A stretch of 64,000 nucleotides of DNA from Isurus oxyrinchus (lineage: Eukaryota), in NCBI GenBank assembly GCA_026770705.1, contig JANJGN010000011.1, positions 21,142,001 to 21,206,000 of the forward strand, in the 5' to 3' direction. Positions within the stretch are counted from its first letter, which is position 1, and every line of letters begins with the position of its first letter. This document shows positions 37,280 through 48,782 of this stretch, in pieces. Both the position numbers and the translations under genes were made by a program. The notes below the pieces were generated by a model. It was not told the origin of the DNA, did not search any database, and saw only the letters and a program-made list of their open reading frames with translations.

Positions 37280-37387
37280 GTGCTGAAGGCCTTAGAGTAG
37301 AGTTTGACCGGCAGTGCTCCACAGAGCGTCGTCACGACCCATTGACCATAATGGATGGTGCCAATAGGATAGTGTCTGTTCGATCAG
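37280..37387 (+). CDS. HERC2: HERC2 exon, CUB-like segment
   Basis: tcatag|GT GCT; [36 protein letters not shown]; donor CAG|gtaata. Confidence 0.96.
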
Positions 37388-38449
37388 GTAATAACTTATG
37401 TACATCTGAACTGCTTTCACATACGTGTGATTGCAATTTTTATTTTATTTTCATTGCTGGAATGTTAAATTGATGGTATCTATAAGCTGTTTTCCCTTCC
37501 CCTCTATCTGGATAGATTCTCAGTATTTCATATGCTGTTAATGCACTTGAGCTGCTTCTTATGTTTAGTGTACTGGAAACTTATAACATTATTGGAACCT
37601 TCCAAATCATATACCTTCTTAAACAATCAGGGGCACTATGCCTTATAATTTTATTGGATCTTTTTGAAAGAAGGGAACAACTTCAGGTGATGGCAAGTTG
37701 AAATAAAAGATTCCATATATTCAGCTAAGGAATGGCCATTTGAAAAAGAAACATATTGCAGATAAACTGGCTACTGAACACATTTTATATAGAAAATCAT
37801 TAATATAGTTGTGAATGAAAGCTCGTTGATAGTGATTTTCTCTAGATTCCGATATTTTTTGCTCATCCTGAGTGACTAGCCTTAGGTTAAAGACCAGATA
37901 AACAAATAATATGTAGACAAAGAACTCCTCTTTTCTATCCTAATTTCTCTCTCATGATCTTTTCAAATTTAAACCTATCTCGGTAGGTTCACCCGGCTCC
38001 ACTCTGACCTCAGCCCATCTGCTGTTGAAACCCTAATCCATGACACCATTTATAACTTGGTTAATTGCTGCTTAGCCTGCCCGGGGAAACTAACCAGATC
38101 TAATCGGCCATTTGTTTTCCACCACATCTCATTTGAAGCCAATGGAATATAAATTCAAGCAGGTTGTAAAATGAGTGTCCGACCTGATCCAGTCATATCA
38201 GTTTCACGCTGGACTGGTCAGGTTAAAATCATCTCCAACCGTCCTCACTGCTCTTTGTCGTGACTTGACTTGTATCGGGGGATACTGTTGCGTTTCATTT
38301 TTGGGAAAAGCACTCGTAAGTTTTAACTCCTGCTGGACTCTTCTCACTCGTTCTAATCTTTATCATATGTTAATGCGCACTTGCTAGCCTTCTTACTGTA
38401 AACGCTGCAGATAGCAGATGTTGAAGCCGCACGTGACTTCAGATATTTG

Positions 38450-38875
38450 AAAGCTCTCCAAACTGGCCTCCCACCACCCATTGCCCATTTCTACTCTGTA
38501 CCATGTTACATTTACCCATCACCTCTGTCTCTGTTGACTTTCAGTTGGCTCCAGATTCCCCAATGCCTCAAGTTTAAAACTCTTGCCATTGTGTTTAAAA
38601 TTCCTCATGGCCTCTTAACCCTCCTTATCTCTGCAGTGTCCTTCAGGCCTCCAATCCCCCACCCCTGAACTCTTATTCCATTAACTTTGGTCTCTTCCTC
38701 ATCTCCTCACTCCCCCTCATTTTGCTGTGTCTAGGCCCCATATTCTAACATTCCCAACCTAAACTCCTCCATTTCTCTCTCATCCTTTCAAGACTGAGTC
38801 TTATTTTGATTACACCTCTGTGAAGCACCTTGGACATTTTTGTATATTAAAGATGCTATATAAATGCAAGTTTTT
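38450..38875 (+). mobile_element. L2-type LINE/SINE 3' remnant
   Basis: Tail gtgaagcaccttgg...gctatataaatgcaagtt, also at ~13880-13940; related decayed sequence at ~30860-31220. Confidence 0.55.
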
Positions 38876-39544
38876 ATTCACTATTCTCCTATAACGTGCG
38901 TTGTCCTTTCAATTTCACTTTTCCACACACCATTTGTGACAGATTATAGATCAAATTATTATTTTAGCACTGAGTTGCATACAGCAGGCTCCACCTAGCT
39001 TGGCTGTTGTGGTGCATTCAAGCCAATTTAACATAAACATATTTCATCACATTTATTTTCATCTGATGCAGGTGCATTCCTGACCTGTAGTTTAGAAGTA
39101 AAACCATAATCTGTGTGGCTCATTTCCAAGGTTCCTGTTCATATCAGCATCAATTGCAGTTAATAGGATCCAACAATATTTTGATTTTCACTTCTTGATG
39201 GTTTGTTTAAAAAGGAAGGAACTAACATCAAAACATGAAGAATGATTATTCAGTAATTTATGGGCTGAATTCTCCAGTCGGTGAGCAGGGGTGGGACCTG
39301 CTTGCCGTTGCGTAAAGTGACAGGCGGTGACGTCGGGTGGGCAAAGGCCTATTAAGGCCAGTTAAAAACTAATTTAAGCAATTAAATGAGCTGCCAGTCC
39401 AACCTTAAGGTTGATGGACAGGTGAAGAGCCCAGGCGGCCTTCGCATTCTTCGTGAAACCTCATCCACAGGCGGGATGAGGTTTCATGAAGTGTTTTAAA
39501 ATTCAATACTTACCTGGCATCGCATTTCTGCCAGGGAAAGAGCA

Positions 39545-40831
39545 ATGGCTATAACCAGTCGAACTCTTTACCATGGGGTACCCATCACCATCCGAGTCAT
39601 GGTGAAAGGCAGCGAGCAAGGAACAGGAATGGATAGGACCTTCTTCACCAAGAAGATCTTATTCAAGCTGTGTGGTTTTGAGGCTGCGGAGATCTACTAC
39701 CTACAGGATTTCCTCTGCGCTGGATTTTTTGATGTGACTTTCAAGCAAGTGGCAGCTTGTATCAAACTCCTGAAGGTGTTTGAGGAAAAGAAAGACCTGT
39801 CAGAAATGAAGATCCTGACAGCGGAGCCGCTCTTTGCTCTGCCGTTGCATCGAGAACGGGTTGCGACTGTGCACCTTTACAGCCCCTTCGTCCCTGTCGC
39901 TGATGTGCTCACCTTCCTTACCAGGTACTTCGATAAGGTTAGGAGCTGCACCGCGGTTAGAAATGATTTGGGAATCTGGACATGTAAACACCAGCTTAAG
40001 GTAACGCTCAAGACTGACGGTAAGGGAGCCGTCTTCCACCCCCCTTCCAGATTCACTATCGGGGGATGCCGTGGCTACCTTGTCTACGCTGGGCAACCCA
40101 AACTTTGTCGCTCATGCGTCAAGGCTGGTCATGTGGCGGCCAACTGCAGCGCCGTCCTCTGCAAGAACTGCAAACAGGAAGGACACCAGACAAAATACTG
40201 TAGACAGGCTAAGTGCTGCAACCTGTGTGGCGAGGCAAGTCACCTCTACAAGACCTGCCCCAAACGTTGCCGTACTTATGTACAGGCAGCCAAAGCCAAC
40301 GAGGGGGAAGCAGAAGAAATGCCTCGTGTCACTCCAACCACCAAGGCCCCCAGGGAGAACAACGGGACAAAGGAGGACACAGAGAGAGACAAGGTGGAGG
40401 AAAAGATTGGGGCAACAGACAGCCAATCAACAGCACTGCCCCCTGAACCTCCCACTCCTCAGGAGAGCGAATCAACGGAGGAGGAGGAGGCAGCAGTGGG
40501 AAAGCAGCAGGGGGAGTGGCAGCTGGTGAAGAGAGCCAAAAGGAAGAAGGGGCTAAGAAGAAACCAAGCCACTTCCCAGACAAGAGGCAAGAGGCGTCTC
40601 CTATCCGACACGGATAACAAGAGCAGCAGCTATTCGGACGAAGAAGGGCCAGGGCGGCGCCAACAGAAGAAGCGGCAAAACACTAGGGAGTTGGAGGATG
40701 AGACACCCGAGCTCCAGAACATTGGAGACAATGAAGAGACCAGCGCACCCCAACTTTGCCCACAACCCGAAGAGGCCAGTGCACCACAGCCCCAGGAATC
40801 TGGGAACAGTGAGGCGCTCAGCGCACCCTAG
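39545..40831 (+). CDS. Tx1 ORF1 (gag-like, three CCHC zinc knuckles, low-complexity C-terminus)
   Basis: CRSCVKAGHVAANC, CKNCKQEGHQTKYC, CNLCGEASHLYKTC; the final TAG is probably a premature stop within an SAPQ repeat. Confidence 0.85.
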   Translation: MAITSRTLYHGVPITIRVMVKGSEQGTGMDRTFFTKKILFKLCGFEAAEIYYLQDFLCAGFFDVTFKQVAACIKLLKVFEEKKDLSEMKILTAEPLFALPLHRERVATVHLYSPFVPVADVLTFLTRYFDKVRSCTAVRNDLGIWTCKHQLKVTLKTDGKGAVFHPPSRFTIGGCRGYLVYAGQPKLCRSCVKAGHVAANCSAVLCKNCKQEGHQTKYCRQAKCCNLCGEASHLYKTCPKRCRTYVQAAKANEGEAEEMPRVTPTTKAPRENNGTKEDTERDKVEEKIGATDSQSTALPPEPPTPQESESTEEEEAAVGKQQGEWQLVKRAKRKKGLRRNQATSQTRGKRRLLSDTDNKSSSYSDEEGPGRRQQKKRQNTRELEDETPELQNIGDNEETSAPQLCPQPEEASAPQPQESGNSEALSAP

Positions 40832-40908
40832 CTTCGGGAAGCCGGGAGCAGCAACACCTCAAAGCGGGAGAGGATTGGAGAAGCTTCTCCAACAGAGGAC
40901 ATTTCAAA

Positions 40909-41071
40909 GATAAAAACAAAAAAACTGCGGATACAAAAACAGAATTACCTGGAAAAACTCAGCAGGTCTGGCAGCATCGGCAGCATCAACGGTCAGTTTG
41001 GTCGAAGGGTCGAGGACTCGAAACGTCAACTCTTCTTCTCCGCCGATGCTGCCAGACCTGCTGAGTTTTTC
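40909..41071. mobile_element. 163-bp fold-back mini-PLE (tail only) nested in the Tx1
   Basis: 14-bp TSD GAGGACATTTCAAA at 40895-40908 and 41072-41085; arms match the PLE tail (gatgctgccagacctgctgagtttttc). Confidence 0.9.
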
Positions 41072-41270
41072 GAGGACATTTCAAACCCCACTCTCTGCAC
41101 GGACCCCCAGATGCCATCCGAGCAGAACATCTCCAATGGGGAGGTTCAGGACGCTTTCCTCAGCCCATCCAAAGTGAAGGAATTTGAGCACACTATGGGC
41201 ATGAAGGAGCAGACCAAAGGTCTGGAACTCTCAGAGACAACAGGTTTGGTAAGCGACTAACTGCTTTAAA

Positions 41271-44200
41271 ATGGTTGTAAAGATTGTATCCATACATGTG
41301 CTTAGCATTAAATCTACTACGCGATGTGTTGTGACCTAGGATTACCTTTCCTAGGTCAAAGCTGACCTCTTGTTTCTGCAGGAGTGTGTGATACCGCACC
41401 TCAGCTCCTACAGGCAATGGTCATGATGGTGGTCCCATGGGCCATCGATCTGGTTGGGAGGAAACGACTCTCGTTCCTCCGGCCTGGGTATTCTGCTGCA
41501 GGGAGGCAGCTTCACCGTCTCCCAGGTTAAGGAGGTGGTGGGTGGGCGCCTCCTCGTAGCAGACGTAATGTACAAGAATGTTCCACTCCGGTTAATTAAT
41601 GTCTACGCCCTGTCACAAGGGGCTGAGCGGCTGGAGGTTTTTCAGCAGCTCCCACTGCTGCTGGCGACCTCCAGGCCGGTCATTCTGGGCGGTAACTTCA
41701 ACTGCATCATCGATGCGGCTGGACGATCCGGCAGGGCCGACAGAAGATTGGATGCTACGTCCAGATCCCTGATGGAAACAGTAAAGGATGCCAAGCTGCA
41801 TGACGTCTTCAGCAACCCTGCAGACGGAGCGCAGCGTAGATACACCCGGTCGCGGCCTGACGTGTCCGTCTGTTCCGGGATAGATTTCCTGTTTGTGTCC
41901 CGTGCATTCGCAGTCAGATCCACTAACGTCAGGCCGGTGTTCTTCTCTGACCACTGCCTCCTACTGGCTGACTGTCACTTAGAGGAAGACCAAAGGGTTG
42001 GCAGGGGGGCATGGAAGCTAAACGTGCAACTGCTGACCCCAGAGAACATTGAGGAGCTCAAGAGGGATTACAAAGGTTGGAGAACCATGAAACCCCACTT
42101 TGAGTCACTGACACACTGGTGGGAAGCAATCAAGGGAAACATCAAGAGGTTTTTCATCCTCAAAGGCACCCAGAAAGCTAGAAAAGAACAGAGGGAAATG
42201 TCCCGACTCCAGAAAAACATGCAGAATCTGCTCCGGCTGCAGTTGATGTGGGTCGATGTCAAGGAGGAACTCCAAGAGGTGAAGAGCCAGCAAGCCTTGC
42301 TCTTTGCCTCGGAGGCCTCCAAGATCATCTTCCGTTCCAGAGTCTGCTCCGTGGAGCAGGACGAGACATGCTCACGTTTCTTCTTCCAAAAGGTACACAG
42401 AGAGAGCTCTGTGATCAGCAGCCTGAAGGAAGAAGATGGCTCAGTAAAGTCATCACAGTCCGACATTTTGAGGATCAGCAAATCCTTTTATGCCGGATTG
42501 TATGACGTGAAGCCCACAGACAGCACGGCCTCCCAGTCCTTCCTGTCCTCTATCACGGAGGTCTTAGACGACAGTACACGGGAGAGTCTGGACAAAGCGC
42601 TAACTCCTGACGAACTGACTGAGGCCCTTGAGTCCTTCGAGAAGAGTAAAACTCTCGGAAGCAATGGCTTGCCGGCCGAGTTGAATTCGGCTCTGTGGGA
42701 CTGGATCGGCCCGGACCTGCTAGAAGTGTACGAGAGAATGCTCCTGGCCAGCAGTACGTCAGAATCCATGAGGAAAGGCATCATAACCCTCATCTACAAG
42801 CACAAGGAGGAAAGGGAGGACTATAAGATTCTGTCCAAGGTCATCGCCAATCAGGTCAAATCCGCTCTGAAATTGGTGATTCACCCTGACCAGACCTGCA
42901 CTGTGCCAGGCAGGAAAATTTCTGACAGCCTCGCGCTCCTCAGGGATATAATTGCCTATGTACAGGACAGGGGTGTGGATACCTGCCTCATCAGCCTGGA
43001 TCAGGAGAAGGCCTTTGACAGAATATCGCACACCTACATGGTGGATGTGCACTCCAAAATAGGGTTTGGGGAGGGAATTCACAATTGGATCCAACTGCTC
43101 TACACTAACATCAGTAGTGCAGTCTCTATCAATGGGTGGGAATCAGATAGCTTTCCTATTAAATCTGGAGTCAGGCAGGGCTGCCCTCTCTCGCCTGTTC
43201 TTTTCGTGTGTTGCATAGAACCCTTTGCTGAGTCCATCAGGAAGGATCCGGGCATAAGAGGAGTGACGATCCCAGGCATTGGAGGCACTCAGGTCAAAGT
43301 CTCCCTGTACATGGACGATGTCGCCATCTTCTGCTCGGATCCGCTGTCGGTGCACAGACTTATCCACATCTGCGACCAGTTTGAACTGGCCTCGGGAGCC
43401 AAGGTAAATCGTGGGAAGAGCAAGGCCATGTTCTTTGGGAAATGGGCTGACCGATCCTTTGTCACCTTCACCGTGAGGGCTGACGGCCTGAAGGTGCTGG
43501 GGATATGGTTCGGAGGGACCAGGGCACGTGTTAGAAACTGGAAGGAGCGAGTGCCTATGGTGAAAAGGAAACTGGGCATGTGGGAGCAACGCTTCCTCTC
43601 CATTGCGGGTAAGAACCTGGTCATCAGGTGTGAGGCACTCTCGCTGTTGCTGTACGTGGCGCAGGTCTGGCACATTCCACACTCCTGTGTGGTGACGATC
43701 ACCCGAGCCATCTTCTGCTTTATCTGGAGGTCGAAAATGGATCGTGTCCACAGAGACACGATGTACAAGCCTCTAGATAAAGGGAGAAAAAACGTGCCCA
43801 ACGTCGCCCTCATCCTGATGGCCACCTTTGTGTGCGGCTGCATCAAGCGCTGCGTAGACCCTCAGTATGCAAACACCAAGTGCTGAGGTGCTACCTGCTA
43901 CACATGCTGAGGTGTTACCTGTTCCCAGTGTTACGAAGGATGGGTCTGGCCACGCTGCCGCGGAACGCTCCAAGTAGTTGGACCGTGCCGTACCACCTAT
44001 CCCTCGTGGGAAAATTTATGCAGAGAAACACCTTTGACCACAAGTCCATCAGGCAGTGGATGGCACGTAATGTCTTAAAGGTCCTGAGGGAAAGGAGAAG
44101 GTGGATCCTGTGGGATGGTTCCCTGAGCAGACTGACAAAGTCATTTGGCAGAATGCCTCATCGCCAGAACTTTCCAACAAGCACCAAGACATAGCTTGGC

Positions 44201-44651
44201 TGGTGGTGAGAAAGACCCTTCCTGTAAGATCCTTCCTACATGCCAGGAGTCTCACCCCCTCTGCACGTTGCCCTCGAGGTGGCTGTGGTGGGGAAGAGAC
44301 CGTTGTTCACCTCCTTGTAGATTGTGTCTTTGCGAAGAAGGTCTGGAGAGAGATGCAGTGGTTTCTGTCGAGGTTTATCCCGAGCAGTTCTGTGACAGAG
44401 GACTCTGTGCTCTACGGGCTGTTCCCAGGGACACACACCGAGACAGCATCAACTGCAGGTGGAGGATCATCAACTCGGTGAAAGACGCTCTTTGGTCTGC
44501 CCGAAACTTGTTGGTTTTCCAGCGCAAAGAGTTGTCCCCGACCGAGTGTTGCAGACTGGCACATTCCAAGGTCCAGGACTACGTGCTGAGGGACACAGTT
44601 AAGCTTGGGGCAGCCGCCACAAAGGCGCAATGGGGAAGGGTCGCTGCCTAA
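41271..44651 (+). pseudogene. Tx1 ORF2 (APE endonuclease, RT, C-terminal zinc finger), disrupted
   Basis: ATG 41271 is in frame with the 810-aa ORF 41454-43886. Motifs: LLFLQEC, GGNFN, SDH, LDQEKAFDR, GVRQGCPLSP, YMDD, CPRGGC...HLLVDC. Early in-frame stops, the RPISLL motif is missing, and there are frameshifts after 43880. Confidence 0.88.
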
Positions 44652-45565
44652 GACCTTTCTGCCACAGTGCACTGAGGGGCTGGGAACTGTAAAGAGCCCC
44701 TCAGTCTGTACAGATTAAAATGAATGTCTGCCAATGATTGTAATATTCATTGTTTGTACTGATACACCTTGTGATTCATGTTGTAAAAGTTGAACCTGAC
44801 TGTATTTTTGTAATGGTGATATTGAAATGGTTCGAAATGTTTTTGAAGATTTATGAATAAGGTATATTTTTGCAAAAAAAAAGTGTTTTAAAATTCAATA
44901 AAAATTTTTAAAATAATTCTTTGACATGTCCCAGCTCATGTGAGGGGGCATGATTTAAATTACTTTCTTTCAGCTTTTACATATCAAGCTGATCTCCCTG
45001 AGGCACCTCTGTGCCTCAGGGAGATTTCTGCACTCTTTTGCACACATGCAAAAGAGCGCAGGCCCTGACTCCGAGAATCCCCCCACCCCTGCATAGGGAG
45101 CGCTCAGCACTTCCGGGCAAGCATAACACTGGACGGGCCTTAATTGGTCCATGTAAAATGGTGGCGGAGTGCTGATCGGGTTCGCTCGCCCCCACACAAC
45201 CCTGCCTAACAGGGGGAAAACCTTTGTGTATGTTTTTCTTACCTTGAGCCCTTTCTCTACTGTTTTGTATTTGCTGCTATTCTGTCTCACACAGATTTTT
45301 ACTTTCATGGCATTTTGTAAATGGAAAAAAGGAATGAGAAAAGTTAGGTCAATGCAGTATAAATATTTGGAAGAATCAAATGCATCCACAGAGAATATGT
45401 GGCAGCAGATTTAAAAAAAATGAATGTATTTCCACTGGTTCCACGACTTTTTGAATTTAAGACAGCAAATCAAACAACACGCAGGGAAAGTTATTGAGTG
45501 TTGTAGCACAACAAATTGTGCGCTTTTTATAATATAGTTATGCAATTATACATTGACTGTCGCAG

Positions 45566-45697
45566 GTCGAGAGTGGTCTGACTGGTCCAGTGAGCTGAGA
45601 ATTCCCGGTGATGAACTAAAGTGGAAATTTACCAGTGATGGTTCTGTGAATGGTTGGGGATGGCGCTTTACAGTGTACCCTATAATGCCCGCTGCAG
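45566..45697 (+). CDS. HERC2: HERC2 exon, CUB-like segment
   Basis: tcgcag|GT CGA; [44 protein letters not shown]; donor CAG|gtaatg. Confidence 0.96.
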
Positions 45698-45849
45698 GTA
45701 ATGTATGCTTGTGTATTTTTCCATGATAAAGTGCACAGCTAAGGAAGCCCAAACAGCACTGGGAGCAAAACTTTATTACTGTACATTGCAGAATATTTTT
45801 ACAGCAATTGAAAACCAGTGACACATTTTGAGGGGTTCAGATATTCAGA

Positions 45850-46955
45850 TAGAAAGATTATGGCGCAGAAGGAGGCCATTCAGCCCATCAAAACAGCTAT
45901 CTAGTATAACCCTACCTTCTAATTCTTGCTCTGTACCTCTGTAGGTTATAGCTTCTCAAGTGCACATACAACTGTTTGCCTTGACCACCCTTTCAGGCAG
46001 AGTTCCAGGCCCCACCATCATCTGGGTGAAAAAAGTTACCCCTTGACTCCCCTCTATTTCTTACATCAAGGAATTTAAATCTACGCCTCCTGGTTATTGA
46101 CCATACTGCTAAGGGAAATGGGCCCTTTTTATTCGTTCTATTTAGGCCCTTCATAATTTTGTGCTCCTCAATTAATTCTCCCCTCAGCCTCCTCTGTTTC
46201 AAAGAAAATAAACCAAACCTATCCACTCTTTCCTCATAGCTAAAATTCACCATTCCTAGCTACATCTTTACAAACCTCTTCTGTACCGTCTCTGGTGTAT
46301 TCACTTCCTTTCTGTAATGCAGTAATCAGAACTGTATGCAGTGCCCTAGCTGTGTCTAACTAATGTTTTATACAGTTCTAGCATAACCTCCTTGTTCTCT
46401 CTAGTGCTAAGTTAGTAAAGAAAATTATCCTGCATGCCTTTTTTGAACTCCTCATCTGCTTGCCCTGCTACCTTCGGAGATCTGTGGCCATGCACTCCAA
46501 GATCTCCCTGTTCCTCGAAACTACTTAAAATCCTACCATTTATTGTGTATTCCCTCGAATTGCATTACCTCATACTTTACAGGATTGAATTCTATTTGCC
46601 ATTTTTCTGGCCACCATCAGTAGTCTTCCTGCAATCTACAGCTTTGTTCTTCACTATCAACCACATGGTTAATTTTTTTATAATCTACAAACTTCTTAAT
46701 TATACCCCCTACATTTATGTCTAACTCATTGATTTATACCACGAGCAGCAAGGGGCCTAGTACTGAGCCCTGTGGAACCTCATTGGAAGCAGCCTTCCAG
46801 TCACAAAAGTACCCAATGACCATAACCCTTTGCTTCCTGCCACTGAGCCAATTTTGCATCCAACTTGCCACTTTTTGTTGGATCCCATGTGCTTTCAGTT
46901 TACTAATCAGTCTACCAAGTGGGACCTTGTCAAAAGTCTTGCTAAAATCCATGCA
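45850..46955 (-). mobile_element. CR1 LINE 3' part, degenerate
   Basis: DFSKTFDKVP, VPQGSVLGPLL and SYEERVDRFGLFSLKQRRLRG on - strand. Confidence 0.85.
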
Positions 46956-47633
46956 GTTTGTGTTGCTGTTGGGACCCTTGAATTGAATGTGCCTTTTATT
47001 TTTATTTTTACTCACTGTATGAAAATTGCTTAGATCGTAATTAGATAGATGCCTGTTTTGCCCTCCACATTGGTAGGTTTTTATATAGTTTAATGTTCTG
47101 CAGAATTTTTACCCACTCCTGTCATGATTAGTATTTATGCAACTTCTTTCAGTGGCTGGCAATTCATCATTGGGTGCCTTTTAAATTGTTTCAACAGCGA
47201 GCCCCGTGTAATATTTCTTACTGTGCACGATCATTCAGCCAAAAATGCAACTGGGAAATACACTACCTCCCGGTCAAAGCACAAAAAAATGGCAAAGCAG
47301 TCCAGGAGGGTAGTCCATTCGTCAGCAAACCACCCCCCCCCCCCCGCAACCCTTCACAACCTCCGAATTGGAACACATGTTCCTAGTGTCATAGTTGAGG
47401 TTGTGGATGTTCTGTCTTAGGAATCACGAGATGCAAAACATTTTTTATCACTCCATGATTCCTATCAATCTGTGGTAGAGCTTTCATAATGTGGACTTGT
47501 TTAATCATGTTAAGTAATGTATATTTGTAATGTTAAATGTTTCCAAATAAATGTCTTTGGTTTTGACTTGCCATGTACTTTGATTCTTGTTTTACTGCAA
47601 TCATTCAATTAACTTTTTTACTATTTGAACCAG

Positions 47634-47792
47634 GCCCTAAAGATCTTCTGTCAGATCGTTGCATTTTGTCATGCCCTTCAATGGATTTAGTTACCTGCCT
47701 ACTGGATTTCCGGTTAAGCTTCGCATCAAACAGAAGTATTGTGCCCCGTTTAGCTGCCTCTTTGGCAGCTTGTGCTCAGCTAAGTGCACTTG
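47634..47792 (+). CDS. HERC2: HERC2 exon
   Basis: aaccag|GC CCT; [53 protein letters not shown]; donor TTG|gtatgt. Confidence 0.96.
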
Positions 47793-47808
47793 GTATGTAT
47801 TAAAAGAT

Positions 47809-48483
47809 GGGCCTAAATTTTTAGCTTGGTGGGCGAGTGTGATCGGCGGGCCCGGGAGCGGTTGGGAAACAGACTGGCAACCGCAAACGGCCCCCGCCAG
47901 AAGTTTCATGCTGGCCGGCCAATTAACGGCCAGCCAGCGTGAAACGCGCACTGAAAAGTTCAGCGCTGCCGGGATGGGGGGGGAGGTGGATGATGACGTT
48001 TCCGTCAGCGAGCGCTGAGAGAAAGCTCCCTGAAGGCTGGGAGCTGCCTCAGGGAGCCGCAGACCCAAAAACTATGAAGTAAAGTTTTGAAAATCGGGGG
48101 GCGGCGGAGGGAAAAAATGCCCAAGCATCACAGTTGGGCACCTGAATATATAGATGATAAAAGTGCTGTCCACAGACTTTTATTTTTATTTTATTTCATA
48201 ACGGAAACTTCATCCCGCCTTTGGATGAGGTTTGATGAAAAATGCAAAGCCCACCTGGCTGATTCGCCCATCCGCTAACTGTAAGGTTAAAACGGACCAC
48301 GAGAAATCGGAGATAAGTGTGCTGTTAATGGGCCTAATTGCGCTCTTAATTGTTGGCGGGCGCGTTTCCGACTTCTGCGCGCGCCCACCGAGCAAAATTT
48401 TGCGTGAGCCCGATGTCTTCTCGAGTGAATTTACGTCCGATCGGGTCGGGCTTCACCCGCCCACAGGACGTGAACGTCTGCCC
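47809..48483. mobile_element. PIF/Harbinger-like MITE, CpG-rich
   Basis: Ends GGGCCTAAATTTT / CGTCTGCCC; internal ttcatcc...ggatgag palindrome shared with the family. Confidence 0.75.
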
Positions 48484-48550
48484 ATGAGGTGGGAAAGAAA
48501 TTGCTCATTCATTGAAGACTGTATTAACAATCTTTTACTTTATATAAAAG

Positions 48551-48669
48551 CTGCCAGTCACAGGATGTGGGCCTTGCAGAGACTACGCAAACTTCTGACA
48601 ACGGAGTTTGGTCAGACTATAAATATCAATAGACTTCTTGGTGACAGTGATGGAGAGTCTCGATCTCTG
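48551..48669 (+). CDS. HERC2: HERC2 exon
   Basis: taaaag|CT GCC; ASHRMWALQRLRKLLTTEFGQTININRLLGDSDGESRSL; donor CTG|gtatgg. Confidence 0.95.
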
Positions 48670-48782
48670 GTATGGCGACAACCCATTTAAGAGTATATTT
48701 TAAATATAATTTGCTCATTATTAGCTTTTTTAAAAAAAAGAAATCTAGCATTTTATGCTCACCTTGGAGATTTTTCTTTCAG

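Larger units (their letters stand above)
39506..44882 (+). mobile_element. Tx1-clade non-LTR retrotransposon, apparently full length, inactivated
   Basis: TSD AAGTGTTTTAAAATTCAATA at 39489-39508 and 44881-44900; ORF1 with 3 CCHC knuckles; ORF2 APE-RT-zinc finger; 3' UTR AATAAG plus A-tail. Confidence 0.92.
39262..45225. mobile_element. PIF/Harbinger-like MITE split in two by the Tx1 insertion (halves 39262-39508 and 44881-45225)
   Basis: Left TIR GGGCTGAATT preceded by TAT; joining the halves reproduces the MITE seen at 19257-19928 (gtttcatg...ttttaaaa...atgtccca.ctcatgtga). Confidence 0.8.

Noticed and set aside
41613-43846. Several 90-200 aa antisense ORFs over Tx1 ORF2
   Set aside because: Shadow ORFs of a GC-rich coding region.
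43880-43921. Direct repeat tgctgaggtg(c/t)tacctg in Tx1 ORF2 as a programmed frameshift or readthrough signal
   Set aside because: It looks like a local tandem duplication that inactivates this copy; no slippery heptamer is evident.
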